Virus record (IMG/VR): IMGVR_UViG_3300003314_000001
Span: 1-64,000 of that record
Source of the DNA: a virus
Reading direction: 5' to 3' (one strand)
Length of the DNA: 64,000 nucleotides
Within the stretch, counting starts at the first letter, position 1. Each line of letters starts with the position of its first letter. The translations under genes and the position numbers were made by a program. The notes under the pieces were generated by a model, which made no database searches, was not told the origin of the DNA, and worked only from the letters and a program-made list of their open reading frames with translations. This document shows positions 33,083 through 40,935 of the stretch, one piece after another.

Positions 33083-33552
33083 CTAACTCTTTTTTCTTCC
33101 GCGTATTCCTTGAACAGTTCTCGGACTCGCTCCGTTTCGTCTTCGTGAACCCACAAGTCTCCGTATCGGTTGAAGATTGCGGGAGTGTCGCCGAGGTGGA
33201 TTTCACCCCGGAGAACATCCTTCTTGAACTGGCTCTTGGAATCCATCATTAATACTGGAATGCCGCGGAGTGCCGAGGCGAGCTTCCCGCTTTCATGGAA
33301 GTATTCTTCCTCGGTCTCCGGATTCCAGTATCGGTGGTCTTCAACTTTCATTTCGTCCTTCCTACCTGTCACGTACCGCTCCATTGCTGTTTCCAGTGGT
33401 GTTTCCGTGTAGTCCGTGTATTCCCGGATGTGGGAAGGAACGAACTGTCCGCGACTGTGAACGATTCCTGTAACCTCTCCGGTCGGAAGCCAACCGTAGA
33501 GGTGGTAGCCGTACTCTTGAATCATCAAGTACTTTTGGTCTTCAACGTACAT
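33079..33552 (-). CDS. Hypothetical protein
   Basis: 157-aa ORF with ATGA overlap downstream. Confidence 0.55.
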   Translation of the reverse strand: MYVEDQKYLMIQEYGYHLYGWLPTGEVTGIVHSRGQFVPSHIREYTDYTETPLETAMERYVTGRKDEMKVEDHRYWNPETEEEYFHESGKLASALRGIPVLMMDSKSQFKKDVLRGEIHLGDTPAIFNRYGDLWVHEDETERVRELFKEYAEEKRVR

Positions 33553-33570
33553 TATTTGTTTTTCTAGATT

Positions 33571-33720
33571 TCATTGATTACTTACTACTTTATTATGCCA
33601 CATTGGGTATAGTACAAAGTATACTAACCCAAGTACAATTGCAGTCACTTCGTTTTCTGCCACTCCTATACTTACTATTAGGACCGACAGAAAAATGTCT
33701 GTTATTGTTCTTTTATTCAT
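33571..33720 (-). CDS. 49-aa TM mini-protein
   Basis: MNKRTITDIFLSVLIVSIGVAENEVTAIVLGLVYFVLYPMW.... Below the ORF-track cutoff. Confidence 0.35.
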   Translation of the reverse strand: MNKRTITDIFLSVLIVSIGVAENEVTAIVLGLVYFVLYPMWHNKVVSNQ

Positions 33721-33856
33721 CTTTGTCTTTCTCTCCGGCGGCGGCAAGGTAGTTCAACATGAACATTATGTTTAACCTCTTGGTTCCTTTACCATTCTCT
33801 TTCCGTGCTTTACGTGCCGAGTACAACGCCATTTCAAGGTTTCCTTGTGAATTCAT
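33713..33856 (-). CDS. 47-aa basic mini-protein
   Basis: MNSQGNLEMALYSARKARKENGKGTKR.... Overlaps the next start by 8 nt. Confidence 0.3.
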   Translation of the reverse strand: MNSQGNLEMALYSARKARKENGKGTKRLNIMFMLNYLAAAGEKDKDE

Positions 33857-33858
33857 TT

Positions 33859-34290
33859 TTATTCAGTCTGGAAGTCGCGCATGGCTTGTTCTCGCGGGTC
33901 TAAGTCTTCTTCTCCGGTGTACTCAATCGTTTGTTCTTCCTTGTACCCACAGTCTTTACACCGGAGAATGCACACCTTTCCAGCAGGTATGAACTTCCAG
34001 TATCGGTGGTTGCATTCCGGACACCTTCCAGCATGTCCGGGGAAGTCTAACTGTTCCAGCACGTCATTCCAACATTCACCGCAAGCGCCGCTCGCCGGAG
34101 ACCTATTTCCACACACTTCATAACGGTCGCAAGCGTCCTCCGGAACATGTTCGACGTTTTCCAGATTCTTGATTCTTTCCTTCAGTTCGTCGTCAGTTAG
34201 TTCTTTCACGTCTTCCTCCTTTTCCGTGTCTTCCTTAGTTGTTTCGGTCTGTTCCTCTGCCGGGTCGTAGAATCCGTTATCAAAGCTCAT
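33859..34290 (-). CDS. Multi-zinc-ribbon protein
   Basis: 143 aa with several Cys pairs (CGECW, CPECN, CKDCG). Confidence 0.55.
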   Translation of the reverse strand: MSFDNGFYDPAEEQTETTKEDTEKEEDVKELTDDELKERIKNLENVEHVPEDACDRYEVCGNRSPASGACGECWNDVLEQLDFPGHAGRCPECNHRYWKFIPAGKVCILRCKDCGYKEEQTIEYTGEEDLDPREQAMRDFQTE

Positions 34291-34448
34291 TATTTTTCCT
34301 CCAATTTCTTTTGTCGTGCTTCTTTTCTGGCGTTGAATGCTTTTTCTCGGTCTTCAGAGTAGTGTTTCCGGTCGTATTTTTGTTCTATCCTTGCCAATTC
34401 ATCGTAAAACTTCGCCATTCTGATTGTTTCTTTCAATGAATATTTCAC
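34290..34448 (-). CDS. Small basic helical protein, paralogue 3 of 3
   Basis: GTG start at 34448 (ATG alternative at 34418). ...AKFYDELARIEQKYDRKHYSEDREKAFNARKEARQKK. TAATG overlap downstream. Confidence 0.4.
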   Translation of the reverse strand: MKYSLKETIRMAKFYDELARIEQKYDRKHYSEDREKAFNARKEARQKKLEEK

Positions 34449-34612
34449 TTTTCCATCACCTTATTTCGTGCCATTTTCCGAAGATAAAATGCTTCCGCTC
34501 TATCAATGCAATCCATCTTTGTCCGTCCTTCTTTCCGTTCGACGTTAGCCATTTTGTCGTACTTCCGTGCCGTATTTATCAAGATTTGTATTCTAGGACT
34601 GTATTTATTCAT
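34445..34612 (-). CDS. Small basic helical protein, paralogue 2 of 3
   Basis: MNKYSPRIQILINTARKYDKMANVERKEG..DRAEAFYLRKMARNKVMEK. ATGA-coupled. Confidence 0.45.
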   Translation of the reverse strand: MNKYSPRIQILINTARKYDKMANVERKEGRTKMDCIDRAEAFYLRKMARNKVMEK

Positions 34613-34767
34613 TCTTTCATCACCACTGCCCGAGCTTTCTTCCGAAGTCTAAACGCTTCCTTTCTATCGTAGGAGTAAAATTCACCTGCTGTAATCTCCC
34701 TGTCACGTCTCGCCATTCTGTCATGGTTCTGTGCTACGTTCACTAAGTATTGTACTCTCTTGTTCAT
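34609..34767 (-). CDS. Small basic helical protein, paralogue 1 of 3
   Basis: MNKRVQYLVNVAQNHDRMARRDRE..DRKEAFRLRKKARAVVMKE. ATGA-coupled on both sides. Confidence 0.45.
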   Translation of the reverse strand: MNKRVQYLVNVAQNHDRMARRDREITAGEFYSYDRKEAFRLRKKARAVVMKE

Positions 34768-35093
34768 TTTCCAAGTTCTCGTATTCGTTCTGCACCGTTA
34801 GGCTGAACAAGTCCGTCAGCCCAATTGATTATTTGTGGTCGTGCCTTCACTGTTCGGTCCGCGCTGAAGGCGTTGATGTGCCTGTCTGTCGTGTTTGATG
34901 TATCAACAGTCCTCCAACCAGTGTACTTCGTCACCTCGCCGTCACTGGTTCGATGTGCGTAGATACATCTATCATAGCCTATCAGGAGGGTGACTTGCCC
35001 GACTGACTTTACCTGCATGGTTTCGGTATGGTTCATCATTCCACTGTCACCCATTTTGAAATGAGCGAACAGTTCCTCGTTCCGAACTGTCAT
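34764..35093 (-). CDS. Hypothetical protein
   Basis: 109-aa ORF, co-oriented. Confidence 0.55.
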   Translation of the reverse strand: MTVRNEELFAHFKMGDSGMMNHTETMQVKSVGQVTLLIGYDRCIYAHRTSDGEVTKYTGWRTVDTSNTTDRHINAFSADRTVKARPQIINWADGLVQPNGAERIRELGK

Positions 35094-35108
35094 GTGGACT
35101 ACTTCAAC

Positions 35109-35786
35109 CTAATCCGCCATAAGTTCTTCCCCTATCGTATGTTTATGACCGTAGTCAACCAGAACAAGCTCGTCATCCACGTAGCCGACGTTCCGAGTTG
35201 CCCAATCTTCGTATTCCCAACCTAAGTCGGTACATTCGTCTCGGATTTCGTTCATTTCATTTCTCGAAACTCCACTATTATCAGCACGTCGCTGGACTAC
35301 CCAATCGAAATCTTCTCCGAAGTCGATTACCGGAGCAAGATACTCACCAATTGGTGTATCCTTTAGTCGAACCCATCCTTTCACTTCTTCTTCGTTCGCC
35401 CACTGGCTACAGTCAAGGACTCCTACACCTGCTGAAGCATGTTTTTTGATTTCCTTTACTACTAACTCTTCTGGATTATCGAACGGAATCTTCGTGTCTT
35501 CCTTCGGGAAGTAAACATTTCGGTAACACCCGTCCGAGATGTATTCCAGACCGTATTCTTTTTCATCTTCATGAGTGAATGACGAATTCATTGAGAAAAT
35601 GTTATTAAGCATTTTCCATGCTTCAGCATTCACTCGTTCCAGTTCGTCTCTCCAATGTTTTTCTAACTTGTCTTCCGGTCGAACGAACGTCTTCTGTTCG
35701 CCGTCCGGTTCCTTCATTTGAACGTCGCTCCAATTCTTTTGTAGGCTGTTCTCCTTCAGAACGTCACGTCGAAAATTCTTAGTCAT
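35109..35786 (-). CDS. Protein-kinase-like fold protein (degenerate G-loop), paralogue of 35786..36601
   Basis: 225 aa. LVVKEIKK, EEVKGWVRL, LAPVIDFG, DWATRNVGYVDDELVLVDYG align with its neighbour. Shared N-terminal WSDV..K.P and L.R.N.EA. Confidence 0.6.
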   Translation of the reverse strand: MTKNFRRDVLKENSLQKNWSDVQMKEPDGEQKTFVRPEDKLEKHWRDELERVNAEAWKMLNNIFSMNSSFTHEDEKEYGLEYISDGCYRNVYFPKEDTKIPFDNPEELVVKEIKKHASAGVGVLDCSQWANEEEVKGWVRLKDTPIGEYLAPVIDFGEDFDWVVQRRADNSGVSRNEMNEIRDECTDLGWEYEDWATRNVGYVDDELVLVDYGHKHTIGEELMAD

Positions 35787-36601
35787 TATTTTAGGACTCC
35801 TTTGTCAATCTCGTTATTGTAGCCGTAATCCAGAAGAACTGGTTCGCCGTCAATGTAGCCACAATTCCTTTGCTTCCAGTCACCGTAGGAGAATCCGAGG
35901 TCTCTGCATTCCTCCTTCATTTGAATTACTTTATCCAGCTTTACGTCCATGTGGGTTTCCGCTCGCTTCATTAAGACCCACTTGTAGTCCGTTCCGAAAT
36001 CGACTACTGGAGCAAGGTATTCTTCCACTTCCGTATCTTTCAGCCGGGAGTAGACTTTCACTTCTTCCTCGTTCGTCCATTCTTCATGGTGAGAGCAGAC
36101 TTTCAGAACGTAGTCTTCCGGATTCTCCAACGGAATCTTGGAATCTGAATCAAATCCGTAGACAGTCCGGAAGTTGCCCGACCCAATCATCGAAACACCC
36201 CACTCCGTCAATACCTTATTTTTAGGCATGGCGGAGAAGTCGTGATGGGAAGTGAGGTGGTCGAGCTTCAAGCGAGCTTCCCGATTAATTCTGTCCAATT
36301 GGTTACGATAACGTTGCTCTACAGCTTTCGTTCCACGTTTCGGAAGACGCTCCGTGTCAGAAGGCGTCTTCTTCCGAACATCACTCCACTTCTTACTTTC
36401 CGGAAACATGACTTCCGGAACTTCGTCTGCTTCTACATTAATTTGGAAACTTCCAGTGAATTTCCTTTTCATGTTGGTGTGTTTTCTCGGGTTTGATACA
36501 CTCATTTGTTTGAGTACTTTCTGTTCTACTTTCTTGTCGTCAGCTTTTTTCTCGTTCGATTCAGAACTACCAAAGAGATTTCTTAGGAAATCGGGAATCA
36601 T
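35786..36601 (-). CDS. Protein-kinase-like protein (RIO/Kdo-like atypical kinase)
   Basis: 271 aa. G-loop IGSGNFRTVY, beta3 Lys YVLKV, alphaC EEEVKVYSRL, catalytic-loop-like GDWKQRNCGY, DFG-like LLDYG. Confidence 0.65.
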   Translation of the reverse strand: MIPDFLRNLFGSSESNEKKADDKKVEQKVLKQMSVSNPRKHTNMKRKFTGSFQINVEADEVPEVMFPESKKWSDVRKKTPSDTERLPKRGTKAVEQRYRNQLDRINREARLKLDHLTSHHDFSAMPKNKVLTEWGVSMIGSGNFRTVYGFDSDSKIPLENPEDYVLKVCSHHEEWTNEEEVKVYSRLKDTEVEEYLAPVVDFGTDYKWVLMKRAETHMDVKLDKVIQMKEECRDLGFSYGDWKQRNCGYIDGEPVLLDYGYNNEIDKGVLK

Positions 36602-36612
36602 GCTTAGAGTTT

Positions 36613-36652
36613 CCGGAATTTTTTCATGTGCTATTTCATACTCCTATCCGGA
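36613..36652 (-). promoter_or_regulatory. Class-A promoter-like repeat
   Basis: Gene-sense CCGGATAGGAGTATGAAATAGCACATGAAAAAATTCCGG, about 12 nt before ATG 36601. Confidence 0.5.
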
Positions 36653-36653
36653 T

Positions 36654-36809
36654 TCAGTTATCGCACCGAATGCAACCGTTCTTCATTTTACTGTCTGTAC
36701 TCTCCAAACCACAATCCTCGCACTTCCAGTACTTGTGGTCTGGAACACCTCTCTTGTCACGTCCGGTATACGGACCGGAAACTTGTGATTCTTGCTTTCC
36801 AACAGCCAT
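36654..36809 (-). CDS. 51-aa zinc-ribbon mini-protein
   Basis: MAVGKQESQVSGPYTGRDKRGVPDHKYWKCEDCG...NGCIRCDN. Below the ORF-track cutoff. Confidence 0.4.
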   Translation of the reverse strand: MAVGKQESQVSGPYTGRDKRGVPDHKYWKCEDCGLESTDSKMKNGCIRCDN

Positions 36810-36848
36810 ACTTCTTTATGAGAAGACGGGATACTTAAGCTTTTCGAA

Positions 36849-36950
36849 CTATAGTTTGTCTCCCCATTTCGTCTTACTTCGCTTTGATTCCTTCTCGGCT
36901 TCTTTCACTTCCTCTTTCGCCTCGTCGTCCAGTTTGTCTTCCAGATTCAT
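36849..36950 (-). CDS. 33-aa charged mini-protein
   Basis: MNLEDKLDDEAKEEVKEAEKESKRSKTKWGDKL. ATGA overlap with the upstream stop. Confidence 0.3.
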   Translation of the reverse strand: MNLEDKLDDEAKEEVKEAEKESKRSKTKWGDKL

Positions 36951-37372
36951 TCTTCCGAGTAGTCGTTTGCGATTGCTCGAAGTTCGTGCGTCTGTTCCTT
37001 CATGTCCACCGTGTTCTGAACGAGTTGGAACACGTCTTCGTTCTGTATTTCGTCGGCTTCGGTTTCGGATGGAAGTTGCTTCTCGATTGTTGCGAGAGCA
37101 TCCATTACCGTACTGAACTGGCTTACAACTTCCTCGAAATTGATGTTACACAGTTCTTTTCGATTCTCCACTTGAGTCAACATCTCCTGCATGTCGCCCT
37201 CAAGGTCGTCCATCACATCTCTTTCGAATCCCGTTAAGGCTACGTGACCTTGGAGTTTTCCTAATGCATGAACCGCTGTAGCCATGATTTCTGTCGCTTC
37301 ATGTAACGCTTCTTCGTCAGTCGTCTTGGGTCCGTCTGAATGTTTCATTGTTAGGTTGAAATTCCACTTCAT
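36947..37372 (-). CDS. Hypothetical helical protein
   Basis: 141-aa ORF directly downstream of a class-B promoter repeat. Confidence 0.55.
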   Translation of the reverse strand: MKWNFNLTMKHSDGPKTTDEEALHEATEIMATAVHALGKLQGHVALTGFERDVMDDLEGDMQEMLTQVENRKELCNINFEEVVSQFSTVMDALATIEKQLPSETEADEIQNEDVFQLVQNTVDMKEQTHELRAIANDYSEE

Positions 37373-37374
37373 TT

Positions 37375-37414
37375 TGTTTCGGACATTTTCATAAAATGTT
37401 TCAAACTATGTCCG
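37375..37414 (-). promoter_or_regulatory. Class-B promoter-like repeat
   Basis: Gene-sense CGGACATAGTTTGAAACATTTTATGAAAATGTCCGAAACA (38/40 identical to 32635..32673), ending 3 nt before ATG 37372. Confidence 0.5.
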
Positions 37415-37418
37415 TTCT

Positions 37419-37544
37419 TTACAAGTACTTCAATCGAGTTCCACACCACGGACAGACTGATTCAACAGGTGAATCTTCTCTCCGTTTTCTCATTCCCGGT
37501 TTCGGAAATCCGCCACCACATTCCGGACAGGTGAACTTACTCAT
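37419..37544 (-). CDS. 41-aa zinc-ribbon mini-protein
   Basis: MSKFTCPECGGGF...VCPWCGTRLKYL. Overlaps the upstream stop by 8 nt. Confidence 0.4.
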   Translation of the reverse strand: MSKFTCPECGGGFPKPGMRKRREDSPVESVCPWCGTRLKYL

Positions 37545-37695
37545 TAATGTATCCTTTCAGCTTTCCGTAGTGATACTCGCAAACGTTCGTTCGTCTTCCA
37601 TCATCTGTTTCAATCAGGAAGCAGGCACGTCGCGGTATCAGGCACAGTCTACAGTCTCGGTTTAAACTGTCAGCAAGTTTTTCCACTAGTTCCAT
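37537..37695 (-). CDS. Hypothetical Cys-rich protein
   Basis: ATG (MELVEKLADSLNRDCRLC...) 2 nt after the upstream TAA. The ORF-track start at 37752 is TTG and overlaps the upstream gene. Confidence 0.45.
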   Translation of the reverse strand: MELVEKLADSLNRDCRLCLIPRRACFLIETDDGRRTNVCEYHYGKLKGYINE

Positions 37696-37697
37696 GA

Positions 37698-38627
37698 TTA
37701 CCTCATCCGGTTCTCCTTTCTCCACCTCCGTAGTCGCTTCGGAGTAAGCCAACTTCGCGCTTCCTCCAGTGCTTCTTCGTTATCCTTTCGGACAAGTATC
37801 GTTCCCCGAGTGGAACGGCTCACGTAGCGGCTCACGACGATACACTGGAAGTCGAACGGCCACTCCTGTTTTCCAGTATTGAATTCGTTATCTCGGGCTT
37901 GGTCGTCAATCCACATGTCGAATGCTCGCCGAACGAATGCGGAATCGTAGTCTTGTCGGGTTTTGACTTTCACCCATTCGTCCGGAACACCGTCGCCGCC
38001 GATGATTGATTTTACGGCGTCTGGAATGTCTCCGGGAAGCTCTTGTAACATTGTCGCTTCCGGCCAACTGTATCCTGAATCGTAAGCGACCGTTTTTTGA
38101 TAGTTGAATTCTCCGAAACCGCCGTCGAAGAATGCTCGGAGTCGGTGTGCTTCCCGACCGCTTATGGTTTGTTCGTAACAGTAACCACACATCTTATTGG
38201 AATGGTATCCTTTTCCAGTTCCCATTCCGAAATTGTAGGGAGTAGACAACGAATCTCCACAATAATGCAAGTCACTTATCTCACCAGTTGTGGAATCCAC
38301 AGCACTTTCACCATTCCTTGTTTCAACCTGAAAGTAGTGGTCTCCACAAGCCGGACAGTTGAATTCCGGAGGTTTGTTCGGGTCCAGTCTTTTCCAATCA
38401 TACCACGACGCCAAGTTCTCCACCGTTTCCTCCGTCGTCGGAAGCCGTTGCGTGATTCCGTGAAGTTCAACAGCCCGACCGAAGTTCCCGTCAGTCTTCT
38501 CCAACCACTCGATTAGTGCTTCCTTATCCTCGATTGAGTCCTCGTATTCCCGGTATATTTGTTCCGAGGCTTTGATTCCGAAGCTTTCCATCCAGTCGAT
38601 TACGTATTCTTTAGTGTATTTAGTCAT
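37698..38627 (-). CDS. Hypothetical protein with zinc-binding motifs
   Basis: ATG (MTKYTKEY...) 2 nt after the upstream stop. CPACGDHY and CGYCYEQ. The ORF-track N-terminal extension is Arg-rich and overlaps the upstream gene. Confidence 0.6.
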   Translation of the reverse strand: MTKYTKEYVIDWMESFGIKASEQIYREYEDSIEDKEALIEWLEKTDGNFGRAVELHGITQRLPTTEETVENLASWYDWKRLDPNKPPEFNCPACGDHYFQVETRNGESAVDSTTGEISDLHYCGDSLSTPYNFGMGTGKGYHSNKMCGYCYEQTISGREAHRLRAFFDGGFGEFNYQKTVAYDSGYSWPEATMLQELPGDIPDAVKSIIGGDGVPDEWVKVKTRQDYDSAFVRRAFDMWIDDQARDNEFNTGKQEWPFDFQCIVVSRYVSRSTRGTILVRKDNEEALEEARSWLTPKRLRRWRKENRMR

Positions 38628-38629
38628 TC

Positions 38630-39073
38630 TTATTCGTTGAGAACTTCTTTCAACTTGTCTCGGTACTCGGCGGTTTCGTCTTCCATCGGGTCTTCTGGAA
38701 CGAATTCCAGTTCGTCCCGAGCGATTCTCTTCCGGAACCAGTCTGGAGCGTCTGACAGGGCTTTCTCGAACGAAGTAGCACGATTCCACCCAACCTTCTT
38801 CTGGTTGTTAATGAAGTCAACTACATCTATTTGTGCCGCTTCATGTAGTCCTTCGATTCCGTCTTCGCTGACCATGTTGCTTTTCCCGAACACTACGTCC
38901 AGTACTCTCTCGAAACCACCATGATTAAATACACATCTGTACACGTAGTGGTCTTTTTCATCTACCGGATAAGTCCGGAAGCGCCGCTCGTAGTCCTCGT
39001 ATTCGCTTCTGATTCCAGCTTGACCGTTCTCCTGAAGCCACTTCGCCACGTCGATAAGTTTTTGTGCGTTCAT
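38630..39073 (-). CDS. Hypothetical protein
   Basis: ATG (MNAQKLIDVAKW...) 2 nt after the upstream stop. Confidence 0.55.
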   Translation of the reverse strand: MNAQKLIDVAKWLQENGQAGIRSEYEDYERRFRTYPVDEKDHYVYRCVFNHGGFERVLDVVFGKSNMVSEDGIEGLHEAAQIDVVDFINNQKKVGWNRATSFEKALSDAPDWFRKRIARDELEFVPEDPMEDETAEYRDKLKEVLNE

Positions 39074-39075
39074 GA

Positions 39076-39315
39076 TTACAGTCGTTCCAGTAGTTCGTCG
39101 TTCACGTTCTCGCCCCAATACGCCCGGCATCGAAGGTACGCTCGAAGGTGAGTGTCGCTCTTGTTCCACTCCATCAAGCAGGAAGTACAGACCTTGAACC
39201 ACTTTCCATATACTTGAATCAGAGTTCCGTTATGTTCGTACATCGAACTTCTGCAACCCTCACACTCCGTCTTGTCGTAGTTCCGACTGATTCGTTCCCG
39301 TTGTTGTAGGCTCAT
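39076..39315 (-). CDS. Zinc-binding protein
   Basis: ATG (MSLQQRERISRNYDKTECEGC...CTSC) with ATGA overlap to the upstream stop. Confidence 0.5.
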   Translation of the reverse strand: MSLQQRERISRNYDKTECEGCRSSMYEHNGTLIQVYGKWFKVCTSCLMEWNKSDTHLRAYLRCRAYWGENVNDELLERL

Positions 39316-39497
39316 TGTATCAGTTTCCGTCCGTTTTCTTCTTCCCATTCCTTTTTCGCTTCCGTGATTCTTCTCCGAACCCTGTCGTCGTAATCTTCCG
39401 GACTCTCCCACGGATATGGGAATGTGTCATGCTGTGTTCCGTTTTCTGTTATGTGGTTGAATCCAGATTGTTTATCTCTCCGGTTTGGCTTATTCAT
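39312..39497 (-). CDS. Hypothetical protein
   Basis: ATG (MNKPNRRDKQSG...) 1 nt after the upstream stop. Confidence 0.45.
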   Translation of the reverse strand: MNKPNRRDKQSGFNHITENGTQHDTFPYPWESPEDYDDRVRRRITEAKKEWEEENGRKLIQ

Positions 39498-39498
39498 T

Positions 39499-39735
39499 TC
39501 AGTTCTCTCCGAAGTTCTCGAAACCAGCTTCGTGACAACATTCCACACAGTCCGTTTCGGGGTCGGGGTCGTCTTCCGGGATTAATGGCTGGCCCGGAAA
39601 CTTTTCCTCGGATTCCGGAACGTTCACTTTGTCACCACAGAGCGACGTTTCGGAGTTGTTCTCGATTATATGCCAGCCGTCTAACCGCTTCTGCCAGTAC
39701 ATCCCGTCCGTTTCGTCGTCCGTAGGCCGTTTCAT
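39499..39735 (-). CDS. Hypothetical acidic protein
   Basis: 78-aa ORF with ATGA overlap to the upstream gene. Confidence 0.5.
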   Translation of the reverse strand: MKRPTDDETDGMYWQKRLDGWHIIENNSETSLCGDKVNVPESEEKFPGQPLIPEDDPDPETDCVECCHEAGFENFGEN

Positions 39736-40049
39736 TCTGTTTTCCTCGCCGCTTCGTACTGTTGCTTGTAGAAGTCTCCAAGGTGTTTCAGGAGCGTTTC
39801 AGTGTCTTCGTCCATAATGGACGTTCTATGTCTTCCGTGACTGTAGCCGTTGACTGTGCCACGGTATAGGTCCACTCCGACCTTGATATTCCTACTGTTA
39901 TAGAACACTGTTATTTCCTTCACAGTTCCATCAAGAGACACCGTTACCTCTATGTCAGTTACTTGTTCAGAAAGTTCATCTTGGCTTTCCATCTCTTCAA
40001 TCTCTCTCGCTTCTTTCGCCGTCTTTTCGGCAAGGGTAAGTTCTGTCAT
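39732..40049 (-). CDS. Hypothetical protein
   Basis: 105-aa ORF, co-oriented. Confidence 0.55.
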   Translation of the reverse strand: MTELTLAEKTAKEAREIEEMESQDELSEQVTDIEVTVSLDGTVKEITVFYNSRNIKVGVDLYRGTVNGYSHGRHRTSIMDEDTETLLKHLGDFYKQQYEAARKTE

Positions 40050-40070
40050 TGGTTTCTGTTTGAGTTGTGT

Positions 40071-40556
40071 TTACTTAACTGTTCCGCTTTCCTCGAACCC
40101 TTCCGGCTTGAAGGTGTAAAGTCTTTTCGTCTCGCCGTCACTCGGTCCTTTCGGATAAGCTGTTGTTTTGAACTTGTTTTCCTTATCTTCGTTCATCACC
40201 ACTGGAAGAATCCACTTGTGTTCTCCCTTATCCGACTCAATCGTAGCAACGAATCGGATAACAACTTCGCCGTCAACTATTCCTTCCAGTTCCGTTTCAC
40301 CTTCACGGATTAGGTATCGGAAATGCCAGTCCTGCACTCCGTACTTCCGGCGACCGTCGATGTAACCTTTACCATCCTGTCTGACGTATTCCTCCTTCCC
40401 GTATCCCTTATCTCTCGCCCGATTGATTGAATGTCCAGTCCAACCGTAGTCTTCCGGATTCCGAGAGAAGTTGTTCTTAATCAGTGCTTTCGCTCTTTCT
40501 TTCCTTTTAACGCTCATTGTTGTACTATCCATGAAGGCTACCATTTTCATTATCAT
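40071..40556 (-). CDS. Hypothetical protein
   Basis: 161-aa ORF just downstream (gene sense) of long repeat C. Confidence 0.55.
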   Translation of the reverse strand: MIMKMVAFMDSTTMSVKRKERAKALIKNNFSRNPEDYGWTGHSINRARDKGYGKEEYVRQDGKGYIDGRRKYGVQDWHFRYLIREGETELEGIVDGEVVIRFVATIESDKGEHKWILPVVMNEDKENKFKTTAYPKGPSDGETKRLYTFKPEGFEESGTVK

Positions 40557-40583
40557 CTTTCAAACTATGTAGTCTTCATAAAG

Positions 40584-40660
40584 AGGGACTTCCCGACTTT
40601 TACGGTACTATACCTTTACAGTGTACTGTTTGGTACTGTTAACAGTGTATTGTATGCTGT
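40584..40660 (+). repeat. Long intergenic repeat, copy C
   Basis: GGGACTTCCCGACTTTTACGGTACT..ACAGTGTACTGTTTGGTACTGTTAACAGTGTATTG. About 90% identical to copy D. Palindrome at 40635-40646. Confidence 0.7.
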
Positions 40661-40666
40661 TCCGGA

Positions 40667-40771
40667 CTACAGTAACCTCCAAGACTTACCTTCTTCACCG
40701 CATTCGTCACAATCCGCTCCCACTACTCTCGGTTCGCCGCATTCCGAACAGATTCCTATGTCTTTACTCAT
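40667..40771 (-). CDS. 34-aa zinc-ribbon mini-protein
   Basis: MSKDIGICSECGEPRVVGADCDECGEEGKSWRLL. ATGA overlap with the upstream stop. Confidence 0.35.
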   Translation of the reverse strand: MSKDIGICSECGEPRVVGADCDECGEEGKSWRLL

Positions 40772-40935
40772 TTTGCTTCCTTTGGATTCTTCAGATAGCT
40801 CTTAGCTACCCATTTCGTTTCACCTTTCTCTCCGAATTCACAGCTTTCCCGGAGACGTACTTTCGCCGACATGTCTCCAAGTTCCTTTACGGAAACTTGG
40901 ATTTCTTCGTTTTTAGTTTTGAGGATTCGTCTCAT
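40768..40935 (-). CDS. 55-aa charged mini-protein
   Basis: MRRILKTKNEEIQVSVKELGDMSAKVRLRESCEFGEKGETKW.... Far more protein-like than the antisense 127-aa plus ORF. Confidence 0.35.
   Translation of the reverse strand: MRRILKTKNEEIQVSVKELGDMSAKVRLRESCEFGEKGETKWVAKSYLKNPKEAK

Noticed and set aside
37698-38789. N-terminal extensions of several ORF-track ORFs (37698..38789, 38630..39202, 39076..39411, 39312..39548, 11647..12201, 14284..14745, 21784..22431, 47100..47906)
   Set aside because: The extensions overlap the upstream gene, are Arg/Gly/Ser-rich, and often start at non-ATG codons. An internal ATG placed 0-4 nt from the upstream stop gives the typical operon coupling, so the shorter coordinates were used.
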